The notes: generated from the letters alone by a model not told the origin. DNA of 62,037 nt, filler included, from Streblomastix strix (GCA_008636045.1; 3 parts of 3 records of this genome joined end to end with filler, not necessarily neighbours in it), one strand, 5' to 3'; positions 14,230-26,998 are shown, counted from the whole stretch's first letter. Program-made: numbers and translations.

Positions 14230-14352
14230 ATGGAAACTAAATAATACCTTAGGCAGCAACAAAGTTGCTAGCACAATAAATGTAATCAGATATGTTGTGA
14301 CATTCTAATTATCATTTCAAGCATTTTGTTAATAATTACTTTATTGAAATGA
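14230..14352 (+). CDS. 40-aa Cys-rich single-TM micro-protein
   Basis: METKQYLRQQQSCQHNKCNQICCDILIIISSILLIITLLK* with a hydrophobic C-terminal helix. Confidence 0.45.
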
Positions 14353-14376
14353 TATTATTTTTTCTAGTTTAAAAGT

Positions 14377-14601
14377 ATGGCAAAAATAAATTGTAAAGAA
14401 TTTATGACTTACTCAACGTTTTTGAGTTAACTTATATCACGAGCGACAAAGAATGATCCTGAGATAGAATTGAGATTTATATTATGATAATATAATAAAC
14501 GTCTTAAGATGGAACAGTTAAAAGAAATTATATAAATGGCTTCAGAGAGCAGCTAATCAGCAGTAATGAAATTGATATAGTATTTAAATGAAAAATCTTG
14601 A
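14377..14601 (+). pseudogene. Small helical hypothetical protein with internal TGA
   Basis: MAKINCKEFMTYSTFLSQLISRATKNDPEIELRFIL*QYNKRLKMEQLKEII…; TGA at 14485-14487. Confidence 0.45.
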
Positions 14602-14673
14602 AGATGTTCGATCTGCCAAACCATAAGTTGAAGGCTTTGCCTGAAGCAATGCTTAGAGTTTATTTTTATTGAA

Positions 14674-16143
14674 ATGACTAGCATTGATTTACAAATTATC
14701 AACTCAGATTCAGATAAAGATTATGTTACATGGTAAGCGACTATCCCTAGCGGATGTTAACGCTTTTAAGTTAATAGTATCAATAACATTCCAATTAATT
14801 TAATATACTATTTGAACAATGATTACATAGAAATTTTACATAATATAATATCTACTGATTCAAGAAAAATCTTTTTCTAACAATTGATTGGAGAGGACTA
14901 GTTTCATTGTTAATTGCTAGATAGATTACCTCCAATACGTATTAGCTTGAATACAGCTATTAATAATGCTTATAGTAGTGATCAAACAATATAAGCTTAT
15001 AAATATACTCCATAATTACTATTCTTAACACTAACATAATATGATAATTTTACCAATACAATTGAGAAATATTTTAGGACCTAATCAACTTTGAATAGTG
15101 GAGCAATATGCTTTAATAATGCAATTAACGAGCATGTCTAAAAATTATAGAATAATATGTTTTCATTAAACTAGAATTATGGATAAGATTTAGTGAATTC
15201 AGCTATCAATTACATTAACCTTAGAATTGATGCATTTCTTTATCACTACTGGATCTTAGATTCCACAGTTAGTGAGTTATATCGAATGATTGGATTAATA
15301 CGATTATATTGCCCAACATCAAATAACTACATAACATCAATCGAACCTAAATATTTTACATAAGGTAACGGGTTATCAATAAAATACCTATTCGGTAAGT
15401 AAGTTGATATAAATGCTAATGTAACATTTACTACATCTGATTCTTAACCAATTAATGTATAACAATTAATAATGTAATAAATCATTAATAATATTAACAC
15501 ATTTCCAGTAAGAATTATCAATTCATTACCAGCATTTAGTATTGTTGAATGGTAAGATATTTATACAGCTGTTGGAAGAACTAATTATTATGGATAATTA
15601 ATCCCATAAGTTGTGACTGAATACTGTTAGTAAAATAACGATTATTGGTTTGCTAATCGTATACTTTTATCTCCAAATCTATACGTACAATTAGTTGGTG
15701 GATAAGATCTATATGATGGATTGAATGAAAATAGCGCTAATTAATTTGTTAATTTAGCATCAGCTATTAAACAAATTGATCTCGAAGTATGGTTCTATTA
15801 AACTAAACATGATAGTTAAAGTTTAGAAGTAGATCTTCCAATATTCTGTCCATATATCGGGAATTATCTAGAATATCCATAAATGCTGATAATTTGTGTA
15901 TCTAACTAATTATAAGGAATAACTCTTTAATCAATCGGAGGTAATGGATTCTCAAACGTATGCTTTAAATAGAATTTGGTTGATGTGCCAGTATTACGGG
16001 GATAGAATATGATGAGTCAGTAATGTCTAGTGGGATAGAACAAATCTTTAGTGTTTACATTATATGATAACTTTGGAAGGAAGATACCGATGTAATATAT
16101 GGATATGTATAATAATTTACTTCTAGAGATACAATTTTAATGA
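14674..16143 (+). CDS. Putative minor capsid protein (penton, single jelly-roll), 489 aa
   Basis: Uninterrupted 490-codon ORF under TAR=Gln, beta-rich termini. The C-terminus LVFTLYDNFGRKIPMQY…LLLEIQFQ resembles the hxhxLxDxxGxxh…hxLxF ending of Polinton/virophage pentons. Lies directly upstream of pPolB. Confidence 0.6.
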
Positions 16144-16177
16144 GCTGTATAAATAAATTATTTTTATTTTAATCAAA

Positions 16178-19100
16178 ATGTCTTATCTAAAGAAAGCAGA
16201 GCTAATTAAACTACTCAAAATTAATAATAAAAACATAAATGAATCATTAAAATTAAATTAGCTTAAAGATTAACTCAATGAATATTTAGACAAAATTAAT
16301 TATAAGAGACGAGGAAGAAATAACTACAATAATTTGAAAACACATTTAAAATAGATTCATTAATACAATCAATAAATCCTCAAAAGTAAAGATTTGGTTA
16401 AGCATTTCAAATTGAATCAATATGATTAATATTTATAAGAATATCGTACGGATTAATTGTAATTATAAGCGGATATCTATTATGATGATTTATAAGAATA
16501 GAATCGATAATTGCATTAAGATTTAACTAATTATCACTCAAATTAATATGAATAATATTTATAAGAATATCGTAGAGAATAAGAAAAACAATAAGCTGAT
16601 GATTATTGGACTGATTTAATCAACAGAGAACAAGAATAAGCTTAAAGAATTATGGATGAACAGTATGATGCGAATCTTCAATATTAAATAACTATCAAAC
16701 AAAATAAAGAGAATAATGATAGGATTAATTAGTTTAGTGTAAAAAATGATAGAGAAATAGATAATGATGCAGGTACTCCATTATATTTTCTTCCTGAGAA
16801 TATGGAGTAATTTATTGCTACAGTTTATGATGCAAGATAAGGATTTGCTCGTGAACGTACAATAGAAAAAACAGAGCTCAATGGATAACTTAGTGAATTA
16901 CACTATAATAATGTTATCTAATCTTTATCAGATATTGAATATTTTGTTGATTAAGTTTATGAAGAATTGCACCATAAAGCATTCAAGATTCAATTCAATT
17001 TTGGAGTAATCTACGAAGAATTAAAGTACGATTAATATGAGTTCGTTTATGTTGATTATGGATATATATTACCTAGAGATACTCGTATACAAGAACATGC
17101 TAATAAACTTATACAATCTGAAGATGATATTATTGAGTATTATTAATATATTAAATCTGAGATAATAAACATGTAGAATTATACGTTAGATAATACAAGA
17201 TAACGATACATAGCTATCTATTCGATGATGATTAAAACGTTTAATCTTTAACGTCAAATTGTTGGAGCTAGTATGAAAGAATTAATCTATTTTCATTTTA
17301 ATTGTCGCAAAAATGTTATATACAAAAATACTGGAAATAATAACAATTGTTATATGGAAGCAGTAGCAAAAGCATTGCATCCTGATATGAAAGAGAAAAG
17401 TTATAAAAGTGAATCAATTATAAGCATTAGTAGAGAATATTTAGTTTAAGTATTAGAGTTACCATTCGATTCAAAGAGTAGAAAAATGACTGATTTATTT
17501 AAGACATTTGAAGGATTAGATATAACTAAATATGCTAATATAGTATCATAAAAGTTAAAAATTAACTAAGACATTTACTATTACGATAATGAACATAAGA
17601 ATTATTATAGAGGATTGTAGAAAATGTATTAATGTGAGGATTAAAATGATATCATATAGACTATCGATATATTAGTTGTTGAATCAGAATGGGAAGGGAA
17701 TAAGATATCTCATGCTTTCGCAATAGCTAATAAATAAGCATTAACTGGATTGAAATTTTGCCCACATTGTTACTCAAAAGCATTCGATTCTAAAGATAAA
17801 AACTACTCAAGAGACTATGAGAAACACATTATAAAATATGAGAATAACGAAGGAAAAATAGTTAAGAAAGTTAAACTAGATTATATCTAAAAGCCATTTG
17901 TTCCACATATTATGTAGAATAAAACTTATCAATATCTATTTGCGAATGGAAGATAACCTGAATTTAAACCTATACAATACTTCATCACATACGATCTTGA
18001 AACAGTACCTAAAATCGTTAATAAAAATTCAATAAATCAAGCTATTAAATGTATGAACTATTTCCTTTATCAGTTGCATCAACTATTCGTAACAAGGGGG
18101 GACTTAAAAGGATCTTCTTTAGCTAATAGGATGAAGATGATTTTATAGTATAATGGTTAAATTAATTGTTTAAAGAAGCGGAGTAAGTTAATGCTGACAA
18201 CTAATATTTAACAGAAGCATGTACAATTGATGAAACAATTCCTTATTCAATGGAAGTACCAATTGTTGGGTTTAATAGCTCAAGATTTGATATATCATTA
18301 ATTATATAATAGATGTAATGTAAAGATTGGATAATTAGTAATTATATAGGTAACGCTTCAACAGCTAAGCAAGTAATTATGCATCATAAGATATTGAATT
18401 TGAAAATGAAATTTGTTGATATGTTAACGTATCTTTAACCTATGGAATTAAAGAAAGCAGCTAAGGATTTTGGTGATGGATATGATGATAAGAAAGGCTT
18501 ATTTACCTATGAAGCTTTCAACACTGATAACGTTAATGAAGTACTAAGTAAATCAGAACCATTTACGATGGAAGATTTCAATTCATCATTAAAGAAGACA
18601 AAAATTAGTTAAAAGGATTATTAGATTTATCTAGAAGATGCAAAACGATTTAAAAATAGATGGGATTACTTACAGTTCTATAACGAATAAGACACTTAAA
18701 TAATGATCAAACCGTTAATGACATTAATTAGCTTACAATTTAAATATAAGATTGATATGTTTAGTTTCATGAGTATGGCTGCATGCTCTAATGCTATCAA
18801 GTATACTAAAGCTTATGAGGATTTTGATATTCTGGGAACATATCCTAATTTTGAAGACTAATCATAGAAATTCTACTAAACAGAGTACTATTGGTAGAGT
18901 AAAGTGCGGGGATATCAATTGTAAGATAAACATTAAAAAAGAGACACAACAAATAATGTATAAGATAGTGATTTCGATTATTTCAAACAATTATTCAAGG
19001 ATTCTAATTGCAGCATTTGCGGATGTAAATTCACTTTTGCTAATAATCCAACACTTGACTGAATCGATTATTTAAAAGTTCATTCAAAAGATAATGTTTA

Positions 19101-20510
19101 ACCCTGTTGATTATACTTCAATTGCTTCTGTTCTAACAAAGACAAAAATATAGGTAAATTGTTTATATAATTACGTAAATATTGAATGATAAGATGTTTA
19201 CCAACTAACCTTACAGATATTGATGTATATCACTTAATCAAGTCAGGAATAACAGGTGGATTATCAAATGTTATGCATCGAGTTAATAGAGCAGGAATTG
19301 ATTTCATAAAAAGATTATGGTATGATAATGATAATAAGAAAGTTACTGTTCTAACAACTGATCATCGAATTACTCATGTAGTTGGTGTTGATTTCAATTC
19401 ATTATACCCTAGTGTTATGTCATCAGAACCACATTAATTTATTAAATATACTAATGAAAAAATATATATGTGTGGATCATAAACAGGAAAGATTGAGGGT
19501 GATGATTAGCATTCAAAATAAACTATACTTCGAATAATTAATAGCAAAAAAAAATTTACAGCTGATGGCTAATTATTCGGTGCAGAAGTTAAAGGTCATA
19601 TTGATGAGAATTATTTGAACGATTTCATTAACTTCCCACCTATTCTAAGGAATTATGAATTCACAACTGATGAAAGAACTATTGGTAGTTATATGTATAA
19701 TCATATGAAAGATAATAAGATTAAGACAGATCAAAAATAAAGAAAGCTAACTAATCTATCATCAACGATGGGAGAATATATAGCATTTAGCTCATACTAT
19801 TTATGGTTCTTAATTGATGATTGTCATTTTATTATAGATGATGTGAAATAGATAATTCTGTTCAATAAACATGATTAATTCAATTCATTTATTAAGGAAT
19901 TTACTATAAACAGAATTGAAGCAAAATTAGATGAGAATAAGGGATAAGAATAATTCTTTAAGATAGTTATGAATGGTTCTTATGGGAGTGATGGTATGAA
20001 CACTGAGAAATATCATAAAGTAAAAATAATGAGTGAGAAGTAGACTGAAAGAGCAATTAGATCTAATGCGTTCATGGATGAGCAAAAAATATCAGAAGAC
20101 AGTTATATTGTATAAATGAACCCAGTGCATTGCAGTTGTAAAACTCCTTTATAAGTTACCTTCTTTGAATTAGATAATGCTAAATATTGGTATCTAAATT
20201 TCATATATAACTTCATATACAAATGCTTCGATAAGAATAATATACATTTTATCGAAGGAGATACTGATTCAGCTTATAATGCGATTAGTGGAAATCTTAA
20301 TGAAGATTTTACTTAGTAATTTAATGCTGTTATAAGTTATCGAGATTTTTTATAACGAGAATGCTAAGTATTTCTTCCCCACGATTAAAACAGACGTTAA
20401 TGATGAGTAGAAAATCCTTGGATTAGCAATCGAAAGACAGGGAACCGCAATGTATGCTCTTGCTCCTAAAAATTACATGATAGAAACTAACTACTGTGCT
20501 AATTCAAAGA
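16178..20510 (+). pseudogene. polB: Protein-primed family B DNA polymerase (pPolB), disrupted and 3'-truncated
   Basis: ExoI YDLET (~17990), ExoII GFNSSRFD (~18270), ExoIII YNEQD (~18680), motif A DFNSLYPS (~19390), motif B KIVMNGSYG (~19960), motif C EGDTDS (~20255). Frameshifts near 18025 and 20350; in-frame TGA at 19060, 19108 and 19183. Confidence 0.92.
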
Positions 20511-20624
20511 AGGTAACTTATAAAGGAGTTTTACAACTGCAATGCACTGGGTTCATTTATACAATATAACTGTCTTCTGATATTTTTTGCTCATCCATGA
20601 ACGCATTAGATCTAATTGCTCTTT
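20499..20624 (-). repeat. Exact inverted copy of 20048-20173 at contig end (probable amplification chimera)
   Basis: 126 nt reverse complement of an internal pPolB segment. Confidence 0.9.
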
Positions 20625-20724
20625 NNNNNNNNNNNNNNNNNNNNNNNNNNNNNNNNNNNNNNNNNNNNTTAATTAATTAANNNNNNNNNNNNNNNNNNNN
20701 NNNNNNNNNNNNNNNNNNNNNNNN
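20625..20724. other. Artificial contig linker (N44-TTAATTAATTAA-N44)
   Basis: 100-nt spacer with a stop-codon cassette, identical to the one at 41338-41437. Confidence 0.97.
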
Positions 20725-21653
20725 CCTTTTATATATTCCTCATCTTCATCCTAATAATCAACATCTTCATCCTAATAATCAACAACTTCATAATAACACC
20801 AGTCAATATCATGACAATCTCCTTATTAATAATACAATTCAGATTCTTTTCATTATAATTAATTAAAATTATTTACTAATTTATCTCCTTTTATATATAT
20901 TTAGAATGAATTTAAGAATAAATGAAACATAAAGTAGAAAAAATGATATAAAAATAAATGAATAAAGAAAATTAACAAAAGAATTCATATGAAAAATATT
21001 AATTGTTAAAATAAACAACAAATTCAAAATTCACCTGATTCTAATTCTTGTTATAAATTATCACATCAACCACATTATTTTCTGAACAATATCAAGAATA
21101 TTGAATTTATCATTTTAACTTTTATTTATTTTTAATTAAAATTAATTTATTTAATTTAAAATTTATATTCAAATTAGTATTTATTCAAATAGTATTGAAT
21201 ATCTTCCAGAAATACTCAGTATAACTTTGAATCAAGTATTGAATCAAGAATAGAATGAAGTATAAGATACAGAATATCTAGACATAAATACATTTAATAT
21301 ATTTGAAAAAGGAGTCAAGATTTGAAGAATTTAAATGAATGCTTTAAAACTTGTACTCTTAAGTATTAAATCTACAACTATGAAATTTATACTTGAGAAT
21401 GGAATTGATTCTTTTTATTATGCTTAAGTTTATAATAAATATACTTTAAGTTATTAATTTTCATTTTTCGGATATTTATTTTATTTTCGATAATCTTACA
21501 TGCAAAAGGAATTAAAAATGTAAAAGTGTTATACAAAGATTTCTAAATTAGTTACATTAAATAGAAATGCATAAAAAAATAAATAAAGTTCAAATTGTTT
21601 TAAAGGGATTGTACTGCTTATTCCATTGCACATGTAATCATTTACGAAACAGA

Positions 21654-23883
21654 TCAAAATCGCCCATTATACCACCTTGGTTTTGGGTTGCTCTTATCTA
21701 CGTAGTAATACAATATCCTTCTTTTGACAAAGTCGGCTGAATCCTTGATATTATATCTTTATCCTTTATTAATCAGTTGTGCCTCAACTTCTTCATATCC
21801 ACCTTCTTCCTCTATTTGCTCTTTTGAACTTCGAGCAAATGAAGGAAGAGGTGGGAAAGGAGGTTAATCTGGGATTTTTGGATTTAATCTCCCTTAATAA
21901 AGCTCTTTGAGGAATCTGGATAAGTAAGACAATCCATTATCGATCTCTTCATCTTATTCTTCACCTTGACCACCTGCAGTACTTATTGCAATGACATTTG
22001 CTCTAACATATCCTTTACTCACAAGTTCAGCTTAATCTTATTCATCACCTGTATCCTGAATCAAAATAAGACATAATCTACTTTTGATTCTAACTGACAA
22101 TGATTGTAGATCATATTCCTAATTGAAGCGAGAGTTGATATTGTAGAAAGTGAGTAAGATAAGCGAATGGAGAGCGTCTGGGGTACTAATAACATCTTTA
22201 CTTATATTATAATTTCTGATTAGATCTTAAAAGAAATCAAGAGATAAAGTAATATCTAATATAGAGGAGGTTGATTCTAATTATTATTAATTATATTATT
22301 ATTATTATTAACTAATTTATTTATTTAATTGGGATTTGGATGCAAATAAAACAAGAGGACGAGTAAGATGGAGAATGAAGTTATGTTCAATCATTAGCAA
22401 TGATTTGAATTCCTTATTAAATCTTGATATTTCAGCAAGAGATAAGAATAAAGCAGTTTTAAAATCTAATAAAGCAGGAGATTGTGGAATATTGATACAC
22501 TATTAACAATTGATATCAGTAGGACAATTGAGATGAATAAGTGGACATATTCTTTCTTTCACAATCTTCATAATCTGATCTGGAATGCTTGTCTTGTAAT
22601 AATGGCTATTCAGATTTTTCTCTCCAATTAAAGGAATAGCTTTAATTAATTGTGCTGATTATTTTAATTCACTTTCAGTTTCTTCATTCTCTTATTCATT
22701 CTTGTTTCCTTTATTATTTTCTTACTTTAATTTATCGATTGCAATTAGTAAATTATTTAAATTCTTATCTATAACTTTAATATAAATATTCTTCATTTAT
22801 TAATCAGTATCTCTTTCTTTCATTATTTGAATTCTAATTCTTATTAATTGTTCAGCTTCATCTGAATATTTCTTTTGTTCCTTTTCTTCTTCAATCTTAT
22901 TCTTAATTACCAATTCAATCTAAGTATTGAGTTCAGATTATTGGAAATCATCGAAGAATCGATTAGGAAAAAATTATTCAAATAAATTTTGCATTTATAC
23001 TCCACGTTCTGCAACAAATTCAATTATATCTAAAAATATCTTCTCTATTCCACTTCTACAATCATTAATATAACTCCGAATTAATTTGAATGAATTAATA
23101 TTAAATATTCTTCTTAATTCATTTTGATCTTTTTTTTCAGTTCATTAAATATTTCTTTAAATTTTATTTCTTTCTCTTCATCATTTATTGTTTATGATTC
23201 AATAATGGAATGAATATCTTTCATTATTTAATGCAATTAATCAAATTAATATTTTGGAGCTGTTGAATATTTAATGAAAATAAAAAAATATTTAAAAAAA
23301 ATTATGAATTGAATATAAATTGGTAATTTATTTAAAATTTAAATATTTTAAAAATAAATATATTATATTAATTACCTTCTTGTACAATCTCTTGTTTTTC
23401 AGATTTGGAACCTGTTTATTATTTTGGATTAATCTATGTTTATATTTAATTCTCGGGTTGCTGTTTTATTTGATCATTTGAGTGAAGTGAAATGATTTTT
23501 GATTTGTGATTATCATTTGTTAAGATAGATTTAGTTTATGAAATTTGTTTATTAGATTATTTTGAATTTTAAGATGATTAAGTAACTATAGGTTGTTTCA
23601 GTTTATTGCCATTTAATGTCTTCACTGATTTCTTCGCTTATAGAACTTTCTATTTTGTTTGTTTCAGTAAATTCATCTGAATCTAAGATATTTTACTCTC
23701 CTTTTAAACTAATATTCATTTTGGTACTTTTCCAATATGTCCATTCTTCTCAATTGTGAACAATTCTTTATCCTTCTTTATCAATCGAACAACATCACCT
23801 TTTATAACAGCAATATAATTTGCATCTCCTTCAATTCCAGCAAAGTCAGCAATTACTTCAAAGTATTGACTTGAAATTGACAT
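21654..23883 (-). CDS. SH3 domain + Gln-rich linker + ARM-like family domain protein (probably disrupted)
   Basis: The N-terminus MSISSQYFEVIADFAGIEGDANYIAVIKGDVVRLIKKDKELFTIEKNGHIGKVPK is SH3-like and is followed by an in-frame TGA. Intron from ~23375. The C-terminus STAGGQGEEQDEEI…EQIEEEGGYEEVEAQ…RWYNGRF* matches the 10358/59518 family. Confidence 0.65.
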
Positions 23884-24754
23884 TTATAAACTGAATAAAA
23901 AAAGTGTGTGAAAAAATATATAAGTTATCAGTATGATAAAATAAGCATTTGGAAAGTAATATGAAAATTGGTGAATAAATCAGTGTTTGGCAGTTATAAA
24001 TCAGCATGTGGAAGTTTTTGATGAATTTATGATAGTAAATGGACCATGCAATCAATAAGACGATGATTTAAACTCAAATAATAATTCTCTACAAACAATC
24101 AACGGCACAAACTGTGCTGAAAGAAAAAAAATTCTTTCAAAGTCCCTGCTGCTCTTGTACGTAATAAAACAGATTATATTGGTTTGAAAGAAAATAATAA
24201 TATTTCATACGTTATTTTATTTGATATTCTACAAATTAACATGTACTCTAAAAGAAAAAATCAACAGATCTTCGTTACATTTTGTTCTGTTTCGTTCTGG
24301 TATGAAACCCAAGTTAAAATACGTTTTATGAGTTATTATTTGGTCTGTACTATTATTTATCTTGGCGGATCTTGCATATTTGTGAGAAAATTATACTTTT
24401 TTCTAGAAATTTAAAATGGATAATTTTTAGCCTTTTGTAAAAGCATGTATGCAACATTCTTGTTTATATTTCAAATATTTGATAAATTCTTTCCTAAACT
24501 TTTCATAACAAAATGCATATTTAATTCTATTCGTAGAATATCAGAAATTGGATTATTTCAACTGTACTCAATTTATGAATTTCTCTTTCATATATAGGTG
24601 TTATAACTTTTAAGAGTGAATTTTTTTATTATAATTAATTAGAACTTTATTTTATTGATAATAAAAAAGATAAAGCTTTAATTATGAAGAAAACAAAAAC
24701 AAAAAATAAATATTCATATTGTTCATTTATTATTGTATTTATATATCAACTCTT

Positions 24755-26503
24755 TCAAAATACGTGAGGTATTTATTTTGTGCAGTATATCATACTTTAA
24801 AGAAATAATTGCCTTTTAAAACTTTATTTAGTTTCCACCAAGCTCAATTCAAAATTTCTTTCTGTTTTCATCTTCTTTTACATTTATTTACTCTTATCTT
24901 TTAAAATTGTCTTAATTTCTCTATTTATTATTATTTATCAAAATCATTAATATTTCATCATATTATATATAGATATTTCTAGATCTTTAGCTATGGTTTT
25001 CACATCATCAAAAATCTCTTATGACTTTACATAAATATGTGAAACAATTTCTTCTATTCCTCCTTCTTCTTCTAAATCTTCATTTATCAATAGTTCTATT
25101 TATTTATGCAAATGATATTGAAATTAATTTTTTCGTAGATATTCAAATGCTGAGCTTATTTGAACAAGTCCATATTTAATTACTTTCAAGTTCTCCTCAT
25201 GACTACCACCCACAGTTCCTATAGATTGAACCTTTACATGAATATATCTCCAATTATTTAATGACTTTATTTATATACTCATATCACTGTATGAATAAAT
25301 TGAATATAGAAATTCATTGCTCCAACACCGAATTTCAGCATCGTCTCTTTTCCTTTAATTATTGCATTGATTCTCTCTCTCATATTAAGTGAGTGATATT
25401 ATTGAATTAATGAGGATTGAATTCTGAGCTAAAATATGATATTTGGGAAGATTTTTATAGGTAAGTTATCTAAGTAGATGAATTGTTTCAGCAATAAAAA
25501 TTTTAGACGATTCTTTTCGGGAATTTGATGGCAAAGTTAAATTCGGATTTGATTATAAAACATGTATATTACTAATAAGATTTTCAGTACATGAAATAAT
25601 AATCATAATAACATGCTATAATACAGATTTATCCTATAAAAGAGTTTATCTAATATCAATTTAATGTTTTGAGAATTCAGCAAGTACTCCACATGCAACA
25701 TCCCTAAGTTAATGAGTATATTCTGTGTTTGGAAGAACAAGACTTTTATTGCAGTTGAGTTTTGGAGAACAATTGATGTGAAGAAAAGCCTATACAGATT
25801 CATGTATCTTGTTTTCTTTAAATTATTAATTATTAGAGTCCTTTTCCAGGATTCCTAAAAGTCCTTTCAGAGAATGTATCATATTTATCATTTCTTTAAC
25901 AAAATCAATTTGATTTATTTTATTATCTTCCTTATTTTTTTTAAATGTTATATTAAGTTAGAATATCTAAGAATTTATTACTTTTGAGCAAATTTTAGCT
26001 ATATTATCATCAAAAAATTAATCTTTATGAATAAAGAAGACTGCTTAAATAAGTTGAATGAAGAATTCAGAATAAATTTATTATTCTACATCATTTTTCT
26101 CGACAATAAATTATTGTAATATTATTTCTTTCAACTTTTATGTTAATCCAGATTGTCTGAACAATATATAATAATAATTTTAACCATAATGATCAGTCAA
26201 TTTCATTCCAAGTTCAGCAATTTTATTGGTGATGAGAAGGAGAATTTTCTAAATTTGAGTTTTTCCATAATTAATTTGCCTATTCAATTCTTCCAACAAT
26301 TATTCATTGATTTGTGGATTGATGTTGTTCTAATCAAGATTAGTGACATGAAATTGTAGTTGTTATGCATTTTCAAGTTTTTTATCCTGGTTCTTCTCAT
26401 TTGAAATTGATTTCAGAATAGTCAAAAAATCAATTTGTTCATATTCTGGAGTTTATATATCAATTTAAGTAGATATATTTAGATTTCCTACTGAAGATTT
26501 CAT
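24755..26503 (-). CDS. Helical (ARM-like) hypothetical protein
   Basis: Long ORF under TAR=Gln from MKSSVGNLNIS…; contains VGGSHEENLKVI…LEEEGGIEEIVSHI, related to the expanded family module. Confidence 0.55.
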
Positions 26504-26998
26504 ATTATAATAATATGAGAACTAAAAAAATATAAAAAATATAAAAAATTAAGAAATTGTGTTTGATTTAACAAAATTACAAAAAGAATTTGTAAAATTT
26601 CCTATTTTAACTTGCAAAATGTTAAATAAAATAATTAATTATGAATGTAAATATTATATTTACAGTAAATATTTAAAAAATATAAATTTTTATCACATAA
26701 TTGAAGATATTTTACGAGATATTTTGTTATATTAAACTATTTGTCTCCTTATTTTATAATTGTGAGTATTTCATTCAATACATTGAAATTTTTAATTATA
26801 AAAGCAGTATTTATACTAGAAGTTGCATATATGGCAGAATATTTATCAAAAATAATTTTTATACACTCAGAAAATTGATTCTATTAAGAAAATAATAATA
26901 CAATAGAGTGAATTGTAGGTGAATAATAAATATATTTCAGAAAATGAATTAAATAAACCATTTGAAATATAAACGATGAATTGAATACATATGAAACA

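Larger units (their letters stand above)
11992..20624. mobile_element. Endogenous Polinton/Maverick-like virus, partial and decaying (right part cut by contig end, left boundary uncertain)
   Basis: Dense intron-less ORF cluster with a protein-primed family B DNA polymerase and a penton-like gene. AGTAGT at 11992 is followed by a long hairpin. Confidence 0.8.

Noticed and set aside
19060..19185. TGA read-through (Sec/Trp/Cys) in pPolB
   Set aside because: The TGAs appear to replace different residues and co-occur with frameshifts, so pseudogenisation is the simpler explanation.
20499..20624. Inverted repeat as the right TIR of the Polinton-like element
   Set aside because: It copies internal pPolB coding sequence, interrupts the gene, sits at the contig end and does not match the left end.
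20669..20680. TTAATTAATTAA as a biological motif
   Set aside because: It is centred in N runs and repeated identically at 41382, so it is an assembly spacer.
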